Source of the DNA: Parabacteroides distasonis
Lineage (GTDB): Bacteria; Spirochaetota; Spirochaetia; Treponematales; Treponemataceae
Length of the DNA stretch: 64,000 nucleotides
Assembly (NCBI GenBank): GCA_963659855.1
Contig: CAVKVK010000001.1
Location: forward strand, 18,850-82,849
Direction: 5' to 3'
The number at the start of each line of letters is the position of its first letter. Positions within the stretch are counted from its first letter, which is position 1. The position numbers and the translations under genes were made by a program. Below are positions 55,792 to 62,827 of this stretch, piece by piece. The notes below the pieces were generated by a model. The model searched no databases, was not told the DNA's origin, and was given only the letters and a program-made list of their open reading frames with translations.

Positions 55792-58700
55792 ATGGACGAA
55801 AAAAATAAAAAAAAGCAGAAAATCGCGGAGCTGATTTCAGTGATAAAGAAAGCGAAGGGAATTGATTCAGAAATTACATCTGAAATTATTGACAACGGAG
55901 TAGAGTCCGTTATGGAAAACAGCGGAATGTCTGAGGCTGCAATGGAAGCGGACTATGAGGCTGAACAGAATTCAAGACCAGACTATCTTGACGAGAATGG
56001 CAATCCTCACTGGTTTGATGAGGAGGAAGAAAATATTGTCCTTGATGACGATGAAATAATGAGTCTTGATTTCCTTAACGACAACAAGGAAACGTTCAAG
56101 GCAATTGATGATTATCTGGATAAAGGGATAAGACCGAAAAATAATGAGTTTGTTTTTAATGCGATTCCAGCTGTTTTTGATTATGCAGAAATTCCTGCGA
56201 ATGAAATTGTTTTGACAACAGAAGTGCTCAATAAGGCTATAAAAACCCACAATCTTTCAAATGATGATATAAGAATTGCTTTGCAAAAATTTTCTAGTCC
56301 TGTTGCTATTTTTGATTCTGATATGAATAAAACGGAAAACAGCAGTGCTTCAATTATGGCAATAACTGATGTCGAGGCAGAAAACAACAAGGCAATTGCA
56401 TTGTCATTGAATCTTGACAGTCAGCGAAAAGGGGATGAGCAAAAATATCTTATAAACGAAATCCGCGGTATTCATGACAGAACTTTAATTGCGAAAAACG
56501 GTGTAAATATTGCTGAAGAATGGTCAAAAAACGGACTTTTAAGATATGTTGATGATAAAAAAATATCCAATCTTGGAAAGGAAAGAGAGGATTCATTCCT
56601 CTTGCCCCTTGCAAAACTGGATATAGATAATGTAAAGACTTATTCAGATTTTATCAATCAGCATAATATTGTTGCGGAAAATGAAAGGGAATATCATAAA
56701 GCGGAAAATTTTTCTGCCCGTATGTTTACATACAACGACTTTAATTTTGTCGCTGTCAGAAAATTTTCAGAAGAAGAAAGAACTTTTGTGGATTCTATTG
56801 TTTCTAATGAACAGAATAAAAAACTCCTCTCAAAAAATGCTTTATATTATGCAGGCTATATTGAAAGTCAGAAGCCAGTTGCAGAGCAGAAATTTGAAAA
56901 AGCCTTAAAAGTTTTCAATAAGGAAGACTTTTTGCATACTTCAAAATTTGACGCAGATATTTTCTATTGCCGAGAAAAAGGAACTTTTTATACAGCCTTG
57001 AACAATGATTTTCTTGTTCCGCTTGAATTTGTTTATAACTCTGATAGACAGGAAAAAGATGTTTTTGAAAACCGTTTTTCTGATGAGATTGAATCGTTCC
57101 GAAACGATAATTTTGATTTTCTAAAAGGCACATTGTCTTCTGAGTTTGACGAGGAAAAGGACTTTGCGCTTATGTCCGATATTTCAGATGTTCTTTCGGA
57201 AGGTGAGGTTTTTACAAGAAAAAATGTGAATATTGACGGCGATATAAAAATAAAACTTGGAGATTTATTCGACAAGAAGAATCCAGGGAAAATTCAGCCG
57301 ACAGGGCTACGTCATCTTATAAAACACAGAATGGAAGAACGCTTAAATAATGGGTTTTCAATGGAAGAAGCTCAGAAAGAAACTGCAGCTGTTCTTTTTC
57401 TTGCCTTGAACAACATTGACAAAGCACCTGCTGTAAAAGAGCAAAATGGAAGATATGCTATTTACAAAGACGGAATCAAAACTTTAATCGGAAAAGATAA
57501 AAAAGGGAAATTCGTTGTAAGTGGATTTGATTATGCGGATACAAAACGTGAGGCGACCGATTCCATAGGTACGGGGATCGCTCGCTATGGATACACGCCT
57601 GGCTTTCTCGAAATATACGACCAGGTGGGCGCAGTCGCTTCTGAATTAAATATACAAAAGAAAAATTCCGTTGTCAATGATAAAGCAGATGAAATAAAAC
57701 AACAGAATGAAAGCGCCTTTGACAATGCCGTTAAAAATCGTTTTGAGTCAGCGGCGAAGAAGCTTACTTCCCTCGATATAAACTCTGAAAACTACAAGGA
57801 GGCGTTCGAGCTTCTGAACAGAATTGAGAAGCTGACAGGAATATCAGAACCTGCTGAAAAGATTGACCTTCCAGAAATGAATTTGAACGAAGACTTTGAA
57901 CCTTCTCCAAATGTAAGAACTCCAGAAGAATTTGAAAGAGTAAAAAATGGAATTGACAATATAAGACTTGCTGATGAATCTGAAATTCAGCCGGTACAGC
58001 CTGTTTTTGAAACTAAAACTGAATCTGTAGAAAACGGCAATCAGGCAGAAAAAACTAGCCCTGAAGAAAATACAGAAATTCAAATGAAAAATGTTTCCTA
58101 TCAGGATTACGCCGCTGGAAAAGTCATATATGGAAAGACAGTTCTTCCTCCGTTTGCCTCGATTACTTCTGACGGTCATCTAAAAACCTGCGAGAATTTT
58201 GTTGTAAAAAGCTACGACAGTGAAAGCGGAACATACTTGGTTGAAAACGAAAATGAAAAACTTTCTCTGCCGCATGAAACTTTCAATTCTCTTTTAAATC
58301 CGGCAAGCCTGTACAAGGAGCATCAGGAAGAAAAGATATTCCGAATGGAAGGAAACGGAATTGTGTTTGACAATCCTGGAAAAGGAGTGAAGGGGACTGT
58401 TATCCCAGAATTTTCTCTTATGACGCAGAACGGATTGCAGACCTACAAAGATTGTGTTGTTACAAAATTCAATGAGAGCGACAGGACCTACACATTGCGG
58501 AACAACGACAGCGCTATTTCTGTTACGGAAGAGCGTTTCAAGGAAATCACCTCGCCAGAACGTTTTGAGAATAACTTCGATGAGAATACTCCGGCCTACA
58601 AGAAAATGCTCAAGACTCAATATGAGGATTTTTTCAAGGAACGCAAGAATACATCGTACAATTTCAGGCACAACTTGTCTGTGTTTTGCCGAAAAGAGGC

Positions 58701-59265
58701 TAACTCGCCGTGCGACGCCTTGAAAATTGCGAAAGGTATTGTCCAGAAAATGTCTCCGGAGGAGCAGGAAAAGACAAAGAGGTTGCTTAAGAAAATTGCA
58801 AGGGAAGGCGAGAGTCTGAACCAGCACATTGTCCGAACTTACCACGAGGCGATAAAGGAAGTTCCTCTTAATGAAGAGTATATAAAGCAGTACCAGCCTG
58901 AAAACCGGATCGCGCGTCCGTTCTATGACACAATTTCCACTAGCGGACAGAAAATAGACAGCGACCCACAGCTTTTAAGGACTGACAAGGACTACAACCT
59001 TAAAATAGGTGATACTTTAAAAGATATTGATATTAAGTCAGACAAGATTTTTGGACACGGAAAGGAAAGCGTTCATTTTTCTGAGCTGAAAGTAATATCC
59101 GCCTCAAAAGAGGGAAACACCGTAACTCTCATGGACAAGGAAAAATCCTTTATAGAAATTCCTCGAGATACAGTCCTTAAAGCCTACAAGGAGCAGCAGC
59201 TGAAAGAACTGAGACACCAGCAAAGCCACAGCCGCCGCAACAGCATGGAAATTTCCTATAGTTGA
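55792..59265 (+). CDS. Polyvalent protein with MuF-C-like and PBECR-like nuclease domains
   Basis: IRGIHDRTLIAKNG domain paralogous to one in the giant protein; GLRHLIKHR...FVVSGFD domain paralogous to 43516-44253. Confidence 0.7.
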   Translation: MDEKNKKKQKIAELISVIKKAKGIDSEITSEIIDNGVESVMENSGMSEAAMEADYEAEQNSRPDYLDENGNPHWFDEEEENIVLDDDEIMSLDFLNDNKETFKAIDDYLDKGIRPKNNEFVFNAIPAVFDYAEIPANEIVLTTEVLNKAIKTHNLSNDDIRIALQKFSSPVAIFDSDMNKTENSSASIMAITDVEAENNKAIALSLNLDSQRKGDEQKYLINEIRGIHDRTLIAKNGVNIAEEWSKNGLLRYVDDKKISNLGKEREDSFLLPLAKLDIDNVKTYSDFINQHNIVAENEREYHKAENFSARMFTYNDFNFVAVRKFSEEERTFVDSIVSNEQNKKLLSKNALYYAGYIESQKPVAEQKFEKALKVFNKEDFLHTSKFDADIFYCREKGTFYTALNNDFLVPLEFVYNSDRQEKDVFENRFSDEIESFRNDNFDFLKGTLSSEFDEEKDFALMSDISDVLSEGEVFTRKNVNIDGDIKIKLGDLFDKKNPGKIQPTGLRHLIKHRMEERLNNGFSMEEAQKETAAVLFLALNNIDKAPAVKEQNGRYAIYKDGIKTLIGKDKKGKFVVSGFDYADTKREATDSIGTGIARYGYTPGFLEIYDQVGAVASELNIQKKNSVVNDKADEIKQQNESAFDNAVKNRFESAAKKLTSLDINSENYKEAFELLNRIEKLTGISEPAEKIDLPEMNLNEDFEPSPNVRTPEEFERVKNGIDNIRLADESEIQPVQPVFETKTESVENGNQAEKTSPEENTEIQMKNVSYQDYAAGKVIYGKTVLPPFASITSDGHLKTCENFVVKSYDSESGTYLVENENEKLSLPHETFNSLLNPASLYKEHQEEKIFRMEGNGIVFDNPGKGVKGTVIPEFSLMTQNGLQTYKDCVVTKFNESDRTYTLRNNDSAISVTEERFKEITSPERFENNFDENTPAYKKMLKTQYEDFFKERKNTSYNFRHNLSVFCRKEANSPCDALKIAKGIVQKMSPEEQEKTKRLLKKIAREGESLNQHIVRTYHEAIKEVPLNEEYIKQYQPENRIARPFYDTISTSGQKIDSDPQLLRTDKDYNLKIGDTLKDIDIKSDKIFGHGKESVHFSELKVISASKEGNTVTLMDKEKSFIEIPRDTVLKAYKEQQLKELRHQQSHSRRNSMEISYS
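56557..56624 (-). ncRNA. Candidate embedded antisense sRNA D (paralog of C)
   Basis: TTGATA-N17-TACATT. Terminal stem ATATCCA/TGGATAT extends by G:U pairs only on the minus strand. Inner AGAGGA/TCCTCT hairpin and U7 tail. Confidence 0.55.
57543..57642 (-). ncRNA. Candidate embedded antisense sRNA E (paralog of B)
   Basis: TTGACA (57672-57677), 17-nt spacer, TATATT (57649-57654). Stems GCGAC/GTCGC, TCCATAG/CTATGGA and CCTGG/CCAGG. Confidence 0.6.
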
Positions 59266-59399
59266 TTTTTTTACAGGGTCGACAATCAGCACTTCATTTT
59301 TGAGGTGCTTGCCATCCTTGTAAACTTTCTAATTCATTTGTTGTTTGTATTCTATTATGAAGGTTGCTACTATCATTTTTATCCTGCCTCCTGTAAAAG

Positions 59400-59672
59400 T
59401 TATTCGTCCCTTAAGAAAAAAGTTTGTACCGGATACATTTTGCATAATTTTTGCCACCATTCATCGGGATATTCCGGTATTAATTTATGCTTTTCGGCGT
59501 TTTTAAGAAGATGAAGAAAACTGTCAAAAAGCGCTTCATAGTATCCGTCTTCTGTATTGACAACAACAGTTATTGCGTTATTGTGTTTCACAAATTGTTC
59601 AAATCTGCAGCCTTTTATTTTATGAGCTTTATGATTTAATATTAAGTAAAGTTCTTTTTCTTTTTTGTTCAT
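59400..59672 (-). CDS. Hypothetical protein
   Basis: 90 aa with GAGG RBS, part of a minus-strand operon. Confidence 0.5.
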   Translation of the reverse strand: MNKKEKELYLILNHKAHKIKGCRFEQFVKHNNAITVVVNTEDGYYEALFDSFLHLLKNAEKHKLIPEYPDEWWQKLCKMYPVQTFFLRDE

Positions 59673-59677
59673 TATTT

Positions 59678-60526
59678 CTACCTCACAAAAATCTGCATGA
59701 CCATGCTTGCAATGGCGGCGACAGACATTCCGTAGATGATCATGTCCTTTACGGAAAGTTTTTTGCTTTTTATGCCGGGAACGCTTTCTATCAGCTTCTT
59801 GTTCTCGGCGGCGCACTGCTTCAGAAAGTCAATTGACTGCTTCTTTATTGTATCAAGGTGCGACTGACATTTTTCGGTGTAGGCCTTTATCATGTCAGAC
59901 GACTGTCTTTTAAGGATTTCATATTCGTTCTTTGAGTTTGTAAAAAGCGTTGTGGAAACTTCGGCGATTTTCTTTTCAGCCTCGTTCATGTAGCTTGTCG
60001 AGGTTTTTTCAGTCTCTTCCTTGAATTCCTTGATGCTGTTTTTTATGATTTCGTCTGCCGACTTCAGCTCCATGATTTTTGCGTGGATTTCTGATGTGCA
60101 GGTGTCCATGCTTCTTGTCATCATCTGAATGAAAATAGAAACTTCCGCCTTTTCTTTCTGCAGCTGCTTTTCAAGTGCCGCGACTTCAGCCGAAAGATTC
60201 GCGTTCTTTACTCGCTCCTCAAGGTAGTTCTCATAGGATTCCGCCGTGTCGAGTTTTTCTTTCAGGTCTGTTGTTGACTCAATCAGGGCGTTGAACTTTG
60301 TGATTGTGTCGTCGCGGAAATGCTCAAGCTCGCTGTTCTTTGATGTGATAAGGCTGCTTGCGACTTCTTTTAAATCCTGGACGTCCTCAAGAGTTTCCGC
60401 AAGCCCGATAAGAAATTTTTCCGCCTCTGCCTGCGGAATTGTTATCATCCTTGTGTCCGGCTTTTGAGGACTCGTGTCTTGCTGTGTTTCTGTCTTCTGG
60501 TTTGAGAAGTTTTGAATAAGTGCCAT
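59678..60526 (-). CDS. Coiled-coil protein with C-terminal TM anchor
   Basis: Heptad-rich sequence with a hydrophobic C-terminus. Confidence 0.65.
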   Translation of the reverse strand: MALIQNFSNQKTETQQDTSPQKPDTRMITIPQAEAEKFLIGLAETLEDVQDLKEVASSLITSKNSELEHFRDDTITKFNALIESTTDLKEKLDTAESYENYLEERVKNANLSAEVAALEKQLQKEKAEVSIFIQMMTRSMDTCTSEIHAKIMELKSADEIIKNSIKEFKEETEKTSTSYMNEAEKKIAEVSTTLFTNSKNEYEILKRQSSDMIKAYTEKCQSHLDTIKKQSIDFLKQCAAENKKLIESVPGIKSKKLSVKDMIIYGMSVAAIASMVMQIFVR

Positions 60527-60542
60527 CTAGTTTTCCTTCCGA

Positions 60543-60556
60543 CCGGCACGTGCCGG
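60543..60556. repeat. Variant palindrome CCGGCACGTGCCGG
   Basis: Differs from the core CCGACACGTGTCGG by two symmetric substitutions. Confidence 0.6.
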
Positions 60557-60564
60557 CTGGATTT

Positions 60565-60930
60565 TTATTTTCTTCTTTCTGAAAGATTCTTTTCGATTCT
60601 GACAGGAACGCCGTTTTCCCAGTATTCCTCTGTGTCTCCGCCTGCGTCCACGATTTTCTCGATGAAGCCGTCCTTCCAGTATTCCCAGTGGTTCGGATAT
60701 TCAACGGCAGGCTCCTCATTTTCAGAGTGGATAAGCCCGTTCTTGAAGTTGAAAATGACAAGTGTGTCTGCTCCGTTTATATTCATGGGCTTGCTGTTCT
60801 GTCCGTTCAGCGGAATTCCGTCAATAACGAACTGCTCCATCTGGAATTCCTTGAACGGCGAGCTTGATTCCCTGAAAAGGTCGTTTTGTGCGAATCCGGC
60901 TCTTTTTTCCTCAATCTCTTCTTCTGTCAT
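60565..60930 (-). CDS. Small acidic protein with an 'LHxxDxPA'-type beta-repeat
   Basis: GLIHSENEEPAVEY...EYWKDG. Confidence 0.55.
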   Translation of the reverse strand: MTEEEIEEKRAGFAQNDLFRESSSPFKEFQMEQFVIDGIPLNGQNSKPMNINGADTLVIFNFKNGLIHSENEEPAVEYPNHWEYWKDGFIEKIVDAGGDTEEYWENGVPVRIEKNLSERRK

Positions 60931-60943
60931 TGCTTGCTCCTTG

Positions 60944-61240
60944 TTAATTTTTTGATGGCACTTGAAGCCCATTATGCCACCATTCCTCGTAGTTGTCGAT
61001 GTGGTCGATTACAGCAGGCTCGTTGTCGCAGTGGAGAACTCCGTCTTTCCAGTGCTCGATATGTGTTCCGTCTGTGGTCTCAATTGCCGGAAGAAGATTT
61101 CCGTCCTCGTCTGTAGTGTCATTTAGAAATCCGTTTTTTACCCTGATTGTTACAGAATCTTCTATTTTATAATCTCCGTCAGCAACCTTGTTTTCCTTTG
61201 TCATTATCCGTCTGTACTGGTACTGCTTGAAATTTTTCAT
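60944..61240 (-). CDS. Small acidic protein with an 'LHxxDxPA'-type beta-repeat
   Basis: EHWKDGVLHCDNEPAVI...EEWWHNG. Confidence 0.55.
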   Translation of the reverse strand: MKNFKQYQYRRIMTKENKVADGDYKIEDSVTIRVKNGFLNDTTDEDGNLLPAIETTDGTHIEHWKDGVLHCDNEPAVIDHIDNYEEWWHNGLQVPSKN

Positions 61241-61474
61241 TTAAAACCTCGTTATCATTTCGCTTTTATCTATCTTTGGAATTGAGAAAGGATTCTCGCT
61301 GTTGATTTCATCCGCGATGTCCTTATGTTTTTCTCCGGTCTCGTGGGCGGATTTCAGAATCCGCTCCAGAATGTCAGCAAGCTCCGAAGAGCCGGATTCG
61401 CAGTTATTGAACTCGTCTGCAAGAACCGCAATGTCGTTTTTTGTCAGTCTTACAGGAACAGTCATTGATGTCAT
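61241..61474 (-). CDS. Hypothetical protein
   Basis: GGAGG RBS; translationally coupled to its neighbours. Confidence 0.5.
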   Translation of the reverse strand: MTSMTVPVRLTKNDIAVLADEFNNCESGSSELADILERILKSAHETGEKHKDIADEINSENPFSIPKIDKSEMITRF

Positions 61475-61809
61475 TTTATCGCCTCCATCTTTGTGTATTT
61501 CGGGCACAGCGTTACATACTCAGCCGAAATGTAGTATTTGCTTCTTGCGACATTTTCCGATGTCTCATAATTTTTTTGGCGCAGAAATCCGCAGATTACA
61601 ACTTCTTTGTCTTTTTTCAGATAGTCGAAAATGTGGCCTGCCACTTCCTTCAGAAAGTGAACCTCGATTATAAGCGGCTCGCTTTTCTGGTATGGAAGTC
61701 CGGAATCCAGGACATTGAATGTTACAAGCGTGGTCTGTCCAGCCGATGTCGCCACAAGAAACCTATGCGCGTCATCTGTAAGCTTTCCGTGTAGAGTTAT
61801 AGAATTCAA
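61471..61809 (-). CDS. SSB-like OB-fold protein lacking an acidic tail
   Basis: NSITLHGKLT.D...YLKK..EV...G.L.Q..YE...RSK..I.AE pattern. Confidence 0.65.
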   Translation of the reverse strand: MNSITLHGKLTDDAHRFLVATSAGQTTLVTFNVLDSGLPYQKSEPLIIEVHFLKEVAGHIFDYLKKDKEVVICGFLRQKNYETSENVARSKYYISAEYVTLCPKYTKMEAIK

Positions 61810-62084
61810 TTTGTCAAGCTCCTTAATGTTATTTTTATTGCTATTAGCGTGATGCACCAGCAGAACGCCTTTGACACCGCCCTGTTTTTCCAGCCCCAGT
61901 AGTCATAATGGCTGTAGCGGAATACGTATGACGCTATGATAATCAGAACGCTTCCTGCGGTTATGAACACTAGAAGTGCGAGCGGCGTGAAGTGCAGATT
62001 CAGAAAATGCAGGATATATGCCAGCCTTGCGTTAAGAATTCTTGTTATGCCTGACGATTTTACGGCTTGCAGAATCCTGTTCAT
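61806..62084 (-). CDS. Small membrane protein
   Basis: Hydrophobic helices; coupled to ssb. Confidence 0.45.
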   Translation of the reverse strand: MNRILQAVKSSGITRILNARLAYILHFLNLHFTPLALLVFITAGSVLIIIASYVFRYSHYDYWGWKNRAVSKAFCWCITLIAIKITLRSLTN

Positions 62085-62086
62085 TT

Positions 62087-62557
62087 TCAGAATATCTCCT
62101 CTGTGTCTGAGTATATGTCCGTGTCAATGTCCGGCTCATTCTCATAAATCATGCTTTCCTCATTCTGCGTTTCCGGCTGCGGAATGGTGTTGTTTTCTGA
62201 ATTCTGCGGACTGTTTTTTTCAGCCTGTTCTTTTGCATCAAAAATAAGCTGGATATTTCTGACTCCGATTGCCGTCGCGCTTTTTTTCACGCCGTCCTTT
62301 TCCCATTTGTCCTGCTTCAGGTAGCCGTCGATTATTACCTTTCTGCCTTTTGTAAGATAAGGAAGAACTTTCTCCGCATAGGAGTTGTACACTGAGAGCG
62401 GAAAGAAGTTTCCGACCTGCACAAATTCGCCTTTCTCATTTTTGTAGCTTCTGTTTGTCGCTATGCTGAAAGTCGCAATTTTCATGCCGTCTGCCATGAC
62501 TTTCATCTCCGCATCCCGGACTACGCGCCCGAAAAGTTTCACATCGTTAAGCTCCAT
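62087..62557 (-). CDS. ssb: Single-stranded DNA-binding protein
   Basis: LNDVKLFGRVVRDAE, FSIATNR, YLTKGRKV.IDG.L.Q..WEKDG, acidic tail ending EEIF. Confidence 0.92.
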   Translation of the reverse strand: MELNDVKLFGRVVRDAEMKVMADGMKIATFSIATNRSYKNEKGEFVQVGNFFPLSVYNSYAEKVLPYLTKGRKVIIDGYLKQDKWEKDGVKKSATAIGVRNIQLIFDAKEQAEKNSPQNSENNTIPQPETQNEESMIYENEPDIDTDIYSDTEEIF

Positions 62558-62570
62558 TTCTTGCTCCTCG

Positions 62571-62586
62571 ACCGACACGTGTCGGT
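62571..62586. repeat. Ninth perfect ACCGACACGTGTCGGT palindrome
   Basis: Exact match, directly upstream of the ssb RBS. Confidence 0.95.
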
Positions 62587-62587
62587 T

Positions 62588-62827
62588 CTATCTGATATTG
62601 CTTTTAATCTGAATGGCAAGGCCGAACACCGCCACGCAGACTAGAATTGCCCAAAGTGCGATTCTTACAGTCCATACAATTTTGTATTGCAGTGTCTGGC
62701 CTCTGAAATTTCTCAGGAAGCGCATTATCCGCTCCAGAACTGCAATCTTTTCATTCTCGTTTTTCTCATCTGACTCTCTGCTCTCAAAGAAACTCAGGAA
62801 GTCGTCTATCCGTTTTTTCTTTCTCAT
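62588..62827 (-). CDS. Small membrane protein
   Basis: C-terminal TM helix; overlaps the rep stop codon. Confidence 0.5.
   Translation of the reverse strand: MRKKKRIDDFLSFFESRESDEKNENEKIAVLERIMRFLRNFRGQTLQYKIVWTVRIALWAILVCVAVFGLAIQIKSNIR

Noticed and set aside
59380..59388. TATCCTGCC, matching the RP4-type nick site
   Set aside because: There is no adjacent inverted repeat. It is better explained as the minus-strand AGGAGG RBS region of a tiny, stop-interrupted ORF remnant.
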